A program made the translations under genes and the position numbers. The notes below the pieces were generated by a model. It searched no databases and was not told where the DNA came from. It was given only the letters and a program-made list of their open reading frames with translations. 64,000 nt of DNA from an uncultured Gemmatimonadales bacterium (lineage in GTDB: Bacteria > Gemmatimonadota > Gemmatimonadetes > Longimicrobiales > Longimicrobiaceae). This document shows, one piece after another, positions 30,739-40,263 of this stretch (positions are counted from its first letter, which is position 1; every line of letters begins with the position of its first letter). The stretch is taken from assembly GCA_963716255.1 (NCBI GenBank), contig OY970303.1:4096001-4160000 (forward strand), read 5' to 3'.

Positions 30739-31218
30739 CTACCCGCGGTCTCCCGCGAGCAGGGCTTCCAGCTTGTCCAGGCAGAGACGCCAGCCTTCGC
30801 GGTTGCCCTCGCGGTCCATCTCGGTGAGCAGGCGGTCCTGGCGGATGGTCAGCTCGGTGGTGCCCGCGCCGGTGTCGCGGAAGTCCACCGTCAGCAGGGT
30901 GGGGTAGCGGCCGGCGGGGTGGCTGGGGCCCTCGTACACCCAGGTCTTCACCAGCCGCTCGCCGGGAACCAGCTCGCGGTACTCGCCGGTGGTGGTGTGG
31001 TGGTTCCCCATGGGGTCCACCACCACGACGCGGTAGCTGCCGCCCACGCGCGCGTCCGCGGCGGCCTCCACCACTTCCAGCCGCCCCGGAGCGAGCCACC
31101 GCCGGAGCAGCGCGGGGTCGGTCCACGCCTCGAACACGCGGTCCGGCGGCGCGCCGATGGTGCGCACCACCGTGAGGGTGGGCGGGGCGGTCCGGTCCTG
31201 CGGGTCACGCACGCTCAC
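30739..31218 (-). CDS. SRPBCC/AHA1-like domain protein
   Basis: APPDRVFEAWTDP...DARVGGSY...GEYRELVPGERLV...GWRLCLDKL. Confidence 0.9.
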   Translation of the reverse strand: MSVRDPQDRTAPPTLTVVRTIGAPPDRVFEAWTDPALLRRWLAPGRLEVVEAAADARVGGSYRVVVVDPMGNHHTTTGEYRELVPGERLVKTWVYEGPSHPAGRYPTLLTVDFRDTGAGTTELTIRQDRLLTEMDREGNREGWRLCLDKLEALLAGDRG

Positions 31219-31592
31219 TGCTGGGCGATCTGGATGTAGTTGCCGCAGGTGTCGTCGAAGACGGCCTCGATGCCCCAGTCGGTCGTCGTGGGCTCCTTTT
31301 TGAAGACGACGCCCCGGTCCCTCAGCCGCTCGTACTCGGCCTGCACGTCCGGCACGCCGAAGACGATGACGGGGAGCCCGGCGTCGTAGATGCCCTTCTG
31401 GAACTCCCTGGCGCCCAGGTTCTGGTTGGGCTCCAGGAGCAGCCCGGTCCCGTCCGGGTCCTCGGGCGAGGCCACGATGGCGAGGTAGTACTCCGGCATG
31501 TACATCTTTTCCACGAAGCCGAGCTTCTCCGTGTAGAACTTGAAGGCTTCCAGCGGGTCGTTCACGAAGACACTGGTCATCGCGATCTTCAT
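31215..31592 (-). CDS. VOC/glyoxalase family protein
   Basis: FYTEKLGF...DVQAEYERL...AVFDDTCGNYIQI. Confidence 0.92.
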   Translation of the reverse strand: MKIAMTSVFVNDPLEAFKFYTEKLGFVEKMYMPEYYLAIVASPEDPDGTGLLLEPNQNLGAREFQKGIYDAGLPVIVFGVPDVQAEYERLRDRGVVFKKEPTTTDWGIEAVFDDTCGNYIQIAQQ

Positions 31593-31942
31593 CGGGGTTC
31601 TTCCTCGGCGTGGGGGGGAGGGGGGCGGAACAGGGATTCCAGCGCGTCCAGGCGGTCGCTCCAGAAGCGTTCGTAGTAGGCGAGCCACTCCTGCGCCTGG
31701 GCGAGCCGCGCGGCGTCGAGACGGCAGCGGTGGGTGCGGCCCTGGACCGTGCGCTGTACCAGCCCGGCGCGCTCCAGCACCTTGATGTGCTTGGACGCGG
31801 CCGCGAGCGACATGCGAAACGGCTCCGCCAGCTCGCCCACCGTCCGCTCGCGCCCCGCCAGGCGGTGCAGCATCTCGCGGCGGGTGGGGTCGGCAAGCGC
31901 CTGGAACACGCGGCTCAGCTCGTCGGCCTGTCTCTCAACCAT
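31589..31942 (-). CDS. ArsR/SmtB family transcriptional regulator
   Basis: FQALADPTRREML...SLAAASKHIKVLERAGLV. Confidence 0.93.
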   Translation of the reverse strand: MVERQADELSRVFQALADPTRREMLHRLAGRERTVGELAEPFRMSLAAASKHIKVLERAGLVQRTVQGRTHRCRLDAARLAQAQEWLAYYERFWSDRLDALESLFRPPPPHAEEEPR

Positions 31943-31990
31943 GTGGTTGAGGATAGGCGGGCGACACCGGATTGTCAACCATGTGGTTGA
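31935..31990. promoter_or_regulatory. Tandem palindromic operator, probable ArsR autorepression site
   Basis: TCAACCA-TG-TGGTTGA at 31935-31950 and 31975-31990. Confidence 0.75.
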
Positions 31991-32047
31991 TGATCGGGCC
32001 GGCGGCCCTCACCCGGTGTCCTGGCACCGGTGCGAGTCCGCGGGAGG

Positions 32048-32179
32048 CTCCCACCCGGCGGCCTGAGAGCCGCCACCCTCCCCCAATTCCGGGGGAGGGC
32101 TTCCCGACCCTGGGTTCTCTCGTGTCGTGCTCCCCCTTGCCCCCGCTTGCGGGGGAGAGGGGGCCGGGGGGTGAGGGGG
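32048..32179. repeat. Satellite modules C and B (reverse orientation)
   Basis: CCCACCCGGCGGCCTGAGAGCCGCCACCCTCCCC..GGGGGAGGG and CTCCCCCTTGCCCCCGCTTGCGGGGGAGAGGGGGCCGGGGGGTGAGGGGG. Confidence 0.82.
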
Positions 32180-32204
32180 TCCAGCGGACGCCAGCGCGGG
32201 CCCC

Positions 32205-32342
32205 GCGTGAGGGATTTCGGCCCGAAGGGGCGAGACCCGGCGGGGCTGTTTCCGCCGGGGCTCGACTCCGTTGGGCTGCGTTGTTTGCAGCCCTACGGAG
32301 CCGAAGCCCGACCCCGGCGCCAGCCGGGGGCACGCCCGAACC
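32205..32342 (+). repeat. Structured intergenic element, copy 7
   Basis: Direct match to consensus. Confidence 0.95.
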
Positions 32343-32363
32343 TGCCGTCACGGCAGTCGCAGT

Positions 32364-33722
32364 TCAGCCGTTCGGTTCCGAGAACGCCCGCACGAGCCGG
32401 TACAGGAACTCCTGCCCCTCGTGGTAAGACTGCACGGAGATGCGCTCGTCGGGGGCGTGGGCGCGGGTGTCGTCCAGGTCAAGAAAGATCCCGGTGACGC
32501 CGTACATGGGGATCCCCGCCTGGCGGAAGTACAGGCTGTCCGTGGCGCCGATTCCCATGGTGGGGACCACGGGGACGCCGGGCCACATCTGCGAGGTGAC
32601 GCGCTCGATGGGCTCCATCACCTCCGGCAGCAGCGGCGAGGGCGGGCTGGGCTTTGCGGCGACCAGGGGGCGCACCTCCACGCGCTCGTCGGCGACGACC
32701 TCCACCAGCGCGCGCCGCACCTCCTCGGGCGAGATGCCGGGGAGGAGGCGGCAGTTGACCACGGCGCGGGCGGTCTGCGGGATGGTGTTGTTGGACACCC
32801 CGGCGTCCAGCCGCGTGACCGCCCAGGTGGTGCGGATCAGCCCGTTGTACTGCGGCAGGGCGGATAGCCGCTCGACGGCCCCGGGGTCGGGCGGGTCCAG
32901 GAGCAGGGCGCGCATGTCCCCGGCCACCTGGCCGCTCTCGATGCCGGCCATACGCGCGAAGAAGGCGCGCGCCACCTCGCTCACCTGCGTGGGGAAGCGG
33001 TGCGCGGCGATGCGCCCCAGCGCGGCGGACAGGTGGTAGATGGCGTTGTCCGGGGTGGGGAGCGAGCTGTGGCCGGCGGCGCCGCGGGCCTCCAGCTCGA
33101 AGTCGGCGTACACCTTCTCGCTGGCCTGCACGGTGTTGGAGATGCGCCGCCCCCCGCGGCTGCGCCCGTAGCCGCCCTCGTTGATCCCGAATTCGGCGTC
33201 CACCAGGTCGCGCCGCTCTTGCGCCAGCCACCGCGCCCCGTTGTGGTCGCCGCCCTCCTCGTCGGCGGTGAGCGCCACCACCAGGTCGCGGTCCGGGACG
33301 AAGCCCTCGGCGCGCAGGCGCAGCAGGGTCGCCACCCAGATGGAGGCCAGCGCCTTCTGGTCGGTGGTGCCGCGCCCGTAGAAGAAGCCGTCCCGCTCCA
33401 CCATCTCGAAGGGCGGTGTGCTCCACTCCTCCGGGTCCGCGTCCACCACGTCCAGGTGCGCCAGGAGCAGCAGCGGCCGGCGGGCGCCGGTGCCGCGCAG
33501 GCGGGCCACCAGGTTGTGCTTGCGCGGGTCGGGGCCGGCGACCTCGATGTCCTCTTCGGGCCAGCCGGCCGAGCGCAGCCGCCGCGCCACGGCCTCGGCG
33601 GCCACGGTGACGCTGCCGCCGGTGTCGGTGGTGTCGATGGCGATGATCTCCGCGAACACGTCGCGGGCGAGCGCCCGGTACTCCGGGGGCGGGGTGCGGG
33701 CCGGGTCGAGGGTGTCGTGCAT
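32364..33722 (-). CDS. M20/M25/M40 family metallo-hydrolase
   Basis: LLAHLDVV, YGRGTTDQK, TADEEGG, GATD and HAPDE motifs. Confidence 0.92.
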   Translation of the reverse strand: MHDTLDPARTPPPEYRALARDVFAEIIAIDTTDTGGSVTVAAEAVARRLRSAGWPEEDIEVAGPDPRKHNLVARLRGTGARRPLLLLAHLDVVDADPEEWSTPPFEMVERDGFFYGRGTTDQKALASIWVATLLRLRAEGFVPDRDLVVALTADEEGGDHNGARWLAQERRDLVDAEFGINEGGYGRSRGGRRISNTVQASEKVYADFELEARGAAGHSSLPTPDNAIYHLSAALGRIAAHRFPTQVSEVARAFFARMAGIESGQVAGDMRALLLDPPDPGAVERLSALPQYNGLIRTTWAVTRLDAGVSNNTIPQTARAVVNCRLLPGISPEEVRRALVEVVADERVEVRPLVAAKPSPPSPLLPEVMEPIERVTSQMWPGVPVVPTMGIGATDSLYFRQAGIPMYGVTGIFLDLDDTRAHAPDERISVQSYHEGQEFLYRLVRAFSEPNG

Positions 33723-33852
33723 GGGGATGGCGGGCTCGGGTCGTCCGGGTGGTGGGGCCGCGGCGGGCCCCGCTGCTTGCCACGGCCGCCCGCACAGCGC
33801 ATTCTGTGCCGGTCCCCCCACGCCTCCGTTTCCGCACCACCTCCGGGTAGCC

Positions 33853-35184
33853 ATGCGCGTCCTGCTTCCGACCTCCGCCCTGGTGGCGGCCGCCCTCGTC
33901 CCGCTCGTCCTGTCCCCCGCGCCGGCGCTCGCCCAGGCCCGCGACCCCTACCTGGCGCGGGCCGAGCGCGTGCTGCGCTCCACGCCGCTGGTGGACGGCC
34001 ACAACGACCTCCCGTGGCGGATCCGCGAGGACTCGCTGCACCCCGGCGACGTGGAGGCGTACGACCTGCGCCGGACGACGCCGGGGATGACGGACCTGGA
34101 GCGGCTGCGGAAGGGGATGCTGGGGGCGCAGTTCTGGTCGGTGTACCTGCCGGGCGAGCCCGGGGCGGACGACTACGCGCCCAACGGCCGGGTGAGCGGG
34201 ACGCCGGGGTACGCGCGGGTGCAGCTGGAGCAGATCGACATCGCCCGCCGCATCGTCGACAGGTACCCGGACCGCTTCGCCTGGGCGCTGACCCCGGCGG
34301 ACGTGCGCCGCGTCTTCCGCCAGGGCAAGGTGGGGTCGCTGCTGGGGATGGAGGGCGGGCACGCGATCGAGAACTCGCTGGGGGCGCTGCGGGTCTTCTA
34401 CGGCACCGGGGTGCGCTACATGACGCTCACCCACAACGTCACCACCGACTGGGCGGACGCGGCCATGGACAGCGCGCGCCACGGCGGGCTCACGCCCTTC
34501 GGCGAGGAGGTGGTGCGGGAGATGAACCGGCTGGGGATGCTGGTGGACCTGTCGCACGTGTCGCCGGGCACCATGAGCGACGCGCTGCGGGTGACGGCGG
34601 CGCCGGTGATCTTCTCGCACTCGGGCGCGCGAGCGCTGGTGGACCACCCGCGCAACGTGCCGGACTCGATCCTCGCGCGGGTGAAGCAGAACGGCGGCGT
34701 GGTGATGGTGCCCTTCGTGACCGGCTTCGTGTCGCCGGAGGTGGCCCGCTACGGCGACGAGCGCGAGGCGGCGATGCGCGAGATCCGGGCGCGCATCCCG
34801 GCCGGCGACCGCGCGGCGATGCGCGGCGAGATGCAGGCGTGGACCGCGGCGCACCCCGCGCCCAGGGCGACGCTGGCGCAGGTGGCCGACCAGATCGAGC
34901 ACGTGCGCCGCGTGGCGGGGGCGGACCACGTGGGGATCGGCGGCGACTTCGACGGGATCACGGACGTGGTGGTGGGGCTGGAGGACGTGTCCACCTACCC
35001 GGCGCTCTTCGCGGAGCTGGCACGCCGCGGCTGGTCGGACGCGGACCTGCGCAAGCTCGCCGGCGAGAACGTGCTGCGCGTCCTGGGCCAGGCGCAGCAG
35101 GTGGCGCAGCGCCTCCAGCGGGAGCGCGCGCCGTCCACCCGGACCATCCAGCAGCTGGACGGCGCCGCCGGGAGGACGCGGTGA
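33853..35184 (+). CDS. Membrane dipeptidase (M19 family)
   Basis: DGHNDLP, GMEGGH, VDLSH, IFSHS and GIGGDFDG motifs. Confidence 0.93.
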   Translation: MRVLLPTSALVAAALVPLVLSPAPALAQARDPYLARAERVLRSTPLVDGHNDLPWRIREDSLHPGDVEAYDLRRTTPGMTDLERLRKGMLGAQFWSVYLPGEPGADDYAPNGRVSGTPGYARVQLEQIDIARRIVDRYPDRFAWALTPADVRRVFRQGKVGSLLGMEGGHAIENSLGALRVFYGTGVRYMTLTHNVTTDWADAAMDSARHGGLTPFGEEVVREMNRLGMLVDLSHVSPGTMSDALRVTAAPVIFSHSGARALVDHPRNVPDSILARVKQNGGVVMVPFVTGFVSPEVARYGDEREAAMREIRARIPAGDRAAMRGEMQAWTAAHPAPRATLAQVADQIEHVRRVAGADHVGIGGDFDGITDVVVGLEDVSTYPALFAELARRGWSDADLRKLAGENVLRVLGQAQQVAQRLQRERAPSTRTIQQLDGAAGRTR

Positions 35185-36731
35185 GCCGCCGCGGCGCCGC
35201 CCTCGCGGCGGCGCTGCCCCTGGCGCTCGTCCTGGCGGGCGGCGCGGCCGGCTGCGCGGCGGGTCCGGTTCCCGGGACCGCGGCGCAGCGGGCGCTGGCG
35301 GCGGACGCGCCCGCGCCCTCCCCGGAGGCGATCACCGAGGCGGAGCTGCGGCGCGACCTGTTCGCCATGGCCTCGGACGAGATGCGCGGGCGGCTGGCGG
35401 GGGAGCTGGACGAGATGCGCGCTTCGGCCTGGGTGGCGGAGCGCGCGCGGGAGGCGGGGCTCCTCCCCGCGGGCGACGACGGCACCTACTTCCAGTTCTG
35501 GCCCATGCGCAGGGTGCGCACCGCGGCCGACGCGCGGATCTCGCTGGGCGGGGCGCCGCTGGCGCTGGGGCGCGACGCGGTGGTGGTGACGCCGGTGGAC
35601 GCGCGCGTGGAGCTGCCGGTGGTGTGGGTGGGGGAGGGGACGGAGGCGGAGCTGGCCGCCGTGGACGTGCGCGGCAAGGCGGCGGCGGCGGTGCTCGGCC
35701 GCCCGCGGGCGGCGCCCGCGCCGGGGATGAGCCTGTGGGCGCGGCGCTACACCATGGCGGCGCTCCGCGAGCGCGCGGCCCTGCTGGCGCAGCGCGGGGC
35801 GGCGGCGGTGATCCTGGTGTCGGACTCGGTCGCGGAAACGCAGTTCGGGATCTCTGGGAGCTACTACCTGCGCGGGACGTACGCGCTGGACACGGGCGCG
35901 GAGGCGCGGCCCACGGGGGCGCCGCCGACCCTCTGGCTCCCGCGCTCGGCGCTGGAGGCGGTGCGCCGGCCCGGACAGCGCCTCGTGGCGGAGCTGTCCA
36001 CGGAAAGCTTCGTCTACCCCTCGGTGAACGTGGTGGCGAGGGTGCCGGGGGTGGACGCGGCGCTTGCCGGCGAGCACGTGCTCTTCAGCGGGCACCAGGA
36101 CCACGACGGCACGCGGGTGGCGGTGAACGGCGACTCCATCTGGAACGGGGCGGACGACAACGTCACCACCAGCGTGGCGCTGCTCGCCATCGGCCGGGCG
36201 CTGGTGCGCCAGCCGGGGCGGCGGAGCGCGCTGTTCGTGTGGCACGGGGCGGAGGAGCGGGGGCTGCTGGGGTCGCGCTGGTTCGTGCGCCACCCCACGG
36301 TGCCGCGCGGCTCCATCGTGGCGGTGCTCAACGGCGACATGCTGGGGCGCAACCACCCGGATTCGGCGGCGCTGCTGGGGTCGCGCCCTCCGCACCGCAG
36401 CTCGGGCGAGCTGGTGGCCATGGCGGAGGCGGCCAACGCGCGGGTGTCCCGCTTCGCGCTGGACACCGCCTGGGACGCGCCCACGCACCCGGAGGGGTGG
36501 TACTTCCGCAGCGACCACCTGCCGTACGCCTGCGCCGGCATCCCGTCGCTGTTCTTCACCACGCTGCTGCACCCGGACTACCACACGCCGGAGGACGAGT
36601 CCGAGCGCATCGACGTCGCCAAGCTCGCGCGGATGACGCGGTGGATGTACGCGACCGGGTGGAGCGCGGCGCAGGCGGACCGCCGGCCGGCGCTGGAGCC
36701 GGGGTTCAAGCTGGAGCGGCCCTGCACGTAA
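35181..36731 (+). CDS. M28 family metallopeptidase
   Basis: GHQDHDG, NGADDN, GAEERGLLGS, RSDH and DYHTP motifs. Confidence 0.9.
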   Translation: MSRRGAALAAALPLALVLAGGAAGCAAGPVPGTAAQRALAADAPAPSPEAITEAELRRDLFAMASDEMRGRLAGELDEMRASAWVAERAREAGLLPAGDDGTYFQFWPMRRVRTAADARISLGGAPLALGRDAVVVTPVDARVELPVVWVGEGTEAELAAVDVRGKAAAAVLGRPRAAPAPGMSLWARRYTMAALRERAALLAQRGAAAVILVSDSVAETQFGISGSYYLRGTYALDTGAEARPTGAPPTLWLPRSALEAVRRPGQRLVAELSTESFVYPSVNVVARVPGVDAALAGEHVLFSGHQDHDGTRVAVNGDSIWNGADDNVTTSVALLAIGRALVRQPGRRSALFVWHGAEERGLLGSRWFVRHPTVPRGSIVAVLNGDMLGRNHPDSAALLGSRPPHRSSGELVAMAEAANARVSRFALDTAWDAPTHPEGWYFRSDHLPYACAGIPSLFFTTLLHPDYHTPEDESERIDVAKLARMTRWMYATGWSAAQADRRPALEPGFKLERPCT

Positions 36732-36933
36732 GCGGTTTTCGTCGTCGGACCAGGGCTCCGCAGGAACCGGGGGGCACGCTCGCGCGAGCGTGCCCCCCGT
36801 CACATGTGCGCCCCACCGCGGCCGCCCGTGTCGCCGCCGTTCTTGTCCCGCCCGCGGGGCCGCTGTACCGTGAGGAGCGGCCCCGCTCGCCCGGGGACCG
36901 GCACGGCTCCGGCCCGTACCCGAGGAAGCTTCC

Positions 36934-38640
36934 ATGCACGAGCGAATCGCCGCCGAAGAGCTGCCCGAGCGCGTCCGGGCGAAGCCGGCTCCGACTTCCG
37001 CCGCGCGCGCCCCGCAGGCCCCGGACTCGCTGTGGGGCGCGCTCGCGCAGCGCGCGCGGCCGCGCGGCGCCCGTGCCGCAGACGCCGAGGAGCGCGAGGC
37101 CCGCCGGGTGGCCGACGCGGTGGTGGGGGACGCGGCGGAGGCAGGCGGAGAGCGGCCGGCCCCGGCCGCGTCGCACGGTGCGGCGGCGGGCGCCGGTTCC
37201 GTCCCAGAGCTCGGCGGCGGGGAGCCGCTGCCGGCCGGCGAGCGGGCGCGGTTCGAGGCGCGCTTCGGCTTCGACTTCAGCCAGGTGCGCATCCACCACG
37301 ACGCGCGCGCCGACCGGGCGGCGGAGCCCATCGCCGCGTCGGCGTTCACGCTGGGCAGCCACATCGCGTTCCGCAGCGGGAGCTACGACCCGCGCTCCGA
37401 GGCGGGCCGGCGCCTGCTCGCGCACGAGCTCGCGCACGTGGTGCAGCAGCGCGGCGGCGCGACGAGCCCGGCGGCCGGGCCCATCGGCGCCACGCCGGTG
37501 GGCGTGGCGCGCTCCGGGCCGCCCGAGACCCGGGCCTCCGTGCACCAGCGGATGCTCAAGGGGATGATCGAGCTGGCGGGCCGGTTCCCGAGCGACGACG
37601 AGGCCCGGCAGGAGGCGCTGGTGGGACTGCTGGGGACCGTCCCCGAGGCGCAGATCGCCGGCCTGTACCACAGGCTGGAGCCCGGCGCGCCGAAGGACGA
37701 CTTCGCCCTCTACTTCAAGCAGAAGTTCGCTTTCTCGCGGGCCGAGGGGCTGACGTACCTGCGCAACCGGATGCCGGCGCCGGCGAAGGCCACGACCGGA
37801 TCGAAGTCCTCACCCGAGGTCCCCGGAAAGGAGATCGGCAAGGAGATCGCGGCGGCCGGCTGCAGCGTGCCGTCCGAGAGCTCCGGCGCGCCCGCGATCG
37901 GCTTCGGCAACTCGATGGCCGGCGAGGGCTACACGATGAACCCGAAGTACTGGAACGTCGATTATATCCTGGTCAAGAACGACAAGCGGCGGACCTTCAC
38001 CGCGACGGCCGCGAAGTCGGGGTGGAAGCAGACGACCGAGTTCCTCGAAAAGAACAAGGACTGGGAGGGCTCGGTCCTGGACGTGCGGATGGGAGTCGGC
38101 AAGTACGGCGCGGCCGCGGCGATCGAGGACGTCTACAACCCGCTGTCGGCGTCGACGTATTCGGTCGACTGCCTGGCCATGGCCACGCTGGTGCAGATGC
38201 GCGGGATCCACATGTCGTACCCGGAAGCGTCGCGGGACGCGGACTTCGACCTCGACTACGGCTCGTTCACCATGGACCGGTTCGGCGACAGCAGCAAGCT
38301 GCCGACCAGCAGCCTGGACAGGGACCTGGACGTCACCACGCTGGACGCGCCGGTCGCGCTCAAGGACTACGCGAAGGTTGGGCTCCAGCCCGGGGACCAG
38401 GTGCCGATCTCCAACCCGTTCATCACCAGCGGGGCGTGGATGACGGAAAACACCGTCTACGTGGGCGACGGCAAGTTCTTCGGCCATCCCTTCCCCGTGA
38501 TGACGGTGGACGAGTACGCGAAGAAGCTCGCGGCGAAGCTGGATCCCACGAAGTCCCTGGAGGAAAGGCAGAAGTACGTGCTGGAGCACTCGCAGATCCG
38601 CTCCTACTCGCGGCCCCGCACACGCGCCGCGCGGAAGTAG
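36934..38640 (+). CDS. DUF4157 (eCIS-core-like) protein with a C-terminal Tgl-like transglutaminase domain
   Basis: FGFDFSQVRIH...AFTLGSHIAF...LLAHELAHVVQQ; C-terminal YSVDCLA / GDQVPISNP / WMTENTVYVGDGKFFGH. Confidence 0.8.
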   Translation: MHERIAAEELPERVRAKPAPTSAARAPQAPDSLWGALAQRARPRGARAADAEEREARRVADAVVGDAAEAGGERPAPAASHGAAAGAGSVPELGGGEPLPAGERARFEARFGFDFSQVRIHHDARADRAAEPIAASAFTLGSHIAFRSGSYDPRSEAGRRLLAHELAHVVQQRGGATSPAAGPIGATPVGVARSGPPETRASVHQRMLKGMIELAGRFPSDDEARQEALVGLLGTVPEAQIAGLYHRLEPGAPKDDFALYFKQKFAFSRAEGLTYLRNRMPAPAKATTGSKSSPEVPGKEIGKEIAAAGCSVPSESSGAPAIGFGNSMAGEGYTMNPKYWNVDYILVKNDKRRTFTATAAKSGWKQTTEFLEKNKDWEGSVLDVRMGVGKYGAAAAIEDVYNPLSASTYSVDCLAMATLVQMRGIHMSYPEASRDADFDLDYGSFTMDRFGDSSKLPTSSLDRDLDVTTLDAPVALKDYAKVGLQPGDQVPISNPFITSGAWMTENTVYVGDGKFFGHPFPVMTVDEYAKKLAAKLDPTKSLEERQKYVLEHSQIRSYSRPRTRAARK

Positions 38641-38660
38641 GCGCTGTCCCCGTCCACGTG

Positions 38661-38694
38661 AAAGCCGCGCCCCGGCCAGCCTGGGGCGCGGCTT
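38661..38694. terminator. Hairpin after the DUF4157 gene
   Basis: AAGCCGCGCCCCGG..CTGGGGCGCGGCTT. Confidence 0.5.
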
Positions 38695-38756
38695 CCGCTT
38701 ATCCCGGACGCCGGCCGATCCGGTTTCGCGGCCGTCTGCTTCCGAAAGGAAACCGA

Positions 38757-40070
38757 ATGTCCACTCGGGTGTATGCAGCCGCGGAAGTCGCACCGCACCC
38801 GAACGGAACCCCGCCCATGCTCGTCATTCGACGCACCGACACCGGCGGCCTGCGCGTGTCGGACGGACGCCGCACCGACACCGCCGCCACCGAGGAGCAC
38901 GCCCGACGCGTCGTCACGGCGTGGGGCTACGGCAACTTCTCCTTCAACAGGGCGCTGATCCTGATGAAGGAGAGCGAGGGCTCCATCGCCCCCGTCGCCA
39001 ACCCGTGGCTCGCCCGCCGCGGCGCCGAGTCCTCCGCACCCGCGGCCTCGGCCGTCGCGACGCCGCACGCCGAAACCAAGCCCGAGCCCGCCGCGCCCGG
39101 CAGCCTCAAGGAGCCGCCCACGATGAACGTCCCCGCGCGCTCGCGCCGCCCCCGCGCCGCCGGTCTGCCGGCGCCAGGGGAGACCGCCGCCGCGCCCGCC
39201 TCGCCCGTGGTGACGGCGGACGCCCCGGTGGCCGAGACCGCGCTCCGCCCGCGCCGCGCCCGGAAGGCGCGCCCCGCCGACGCGGAACCGTCCTCGCCCG
39301 TCGTCGGCGAGACCCACCAGGAGCCCGTCGCGGAAACGTCCGTCCCGGAGGCGCCCGTCGGGCACGCGCCTGTCGCTGACGTGCCCGTCGCGGCGCTGCC
39401 GTCCGCCCCGACGGAGGTGCCCGCGAAGGCCGCGAACGGCACCCGTCCCCGTCGCGCCCGGAAGCCGAACGCTCCCGCGTCGGAGCCGGCCGCCGAAGCC
39501 CCGCGGGCCGCCGTCGAGCCGTCCACGGTCGCGGAAACGGCAACTGCGCCTGATCAGGGGCAGGGGACGGCACCCGCGCGCAGGCGTGGCCGTCGTCCGA
39601 AGGCAGAATCGACCGCGGCGGCCGACGTGCAGCCCGCCGCGCCTGCCGAGGCCGTGCCCGACCCTGTATCCGAGCCCGTGTCCGAGGTTTCGACGCCGTC
39701 GCCGTCCGCCGTGTCCGCGGAGCCCGGGGCCGCCGCCGCGCCGCGGCCCCGGCGCCCGCGCGCGCCGCGCCGCGTCGCCGCGGAAGAGGCTCCCGCGCAG
39801 CCCGCGGCCGAGTCCGCGGCCCCCGCGCCGGCCGGAGCCGGGGCACAGGCGCCCTCGCCGAAGGCGGAGCGCGCCCGTTTCCGTGCCGCCGCGCGCACGC
39901 CGGAGGAGTGGCTTGAAGCCGCGCGCGTGCTGTTCGCCGAGGGGACGCAGGCGCTCCGGGAGATCGAGTCGGCCACGCTGCCGTTCGCGCGGGGCCCCTG
40001 GACCGAGCTGCGGACCCAGAGCGCGGAGATCCTGGCCTGCCTCCAGGGGAAGAAGCCGGACCGGAGCTGA
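38757..40070 (+). CDS. Hypothetical protein with a long Pro/Ala/Arg-rich low-complexity centre
   Basis: AAAGGA RBS; ORF fills the gap between the DUF4157 gene and modA. Confidence 0.65.
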   Translation: MSTRVYAAAEVAPHPNGTPPMLVIRRTDTGGLRVSDGRRTDTAATEEHARRVVTAWGYGNFSFNRALILMKESEGSIAPVANPWLARRGAESSAPAASAVATPHAETKPEPAAPGSLKEPPTMNVPARSRRPRAAGLPAPGETAAAPASPVVTADAPVAETALRPRRARKARPADAEPSSPVVGETHQEPVAETSVPEAPVGHAPVADVPVAALPSAPTEVPAKAANGTRPRRARKPNAPASEPAAEAPRAAVEPSTVAETATAPDQGQGTAPARRRGRRPKAESTAAADVQPAAPAEAVPDPVSEPVSEVSTPSPSAVSAEPGAAAAPRPRRPRAPRRVAAEEAPAQPAAESAAPAPAGAGAQAPSPKAERARFRAAARTPEEWLEAARVLFAEGTQALREIESATLPFARGPWTELRTQSAEILACLQGKKPDRS

Positions 40071-40263
40071 TCGTCCGGGTGGGACGCGAGGAGACGCGAG
40101 GAGGGCGCCCACCGGCCGCGGTGGGCGCCCTCCGTGTTTCCGCCCGCGGCGCCCGCGCGGGGGCGCCGCTTTCCCCGCTTCCGCCCGCCGCACTAGATTG
40201 CCCGGCGTCGCGAATCGTCGCGACCTGTCGCAGGTCGCCCACCCTCTCCACCTCGCGCCGGGG

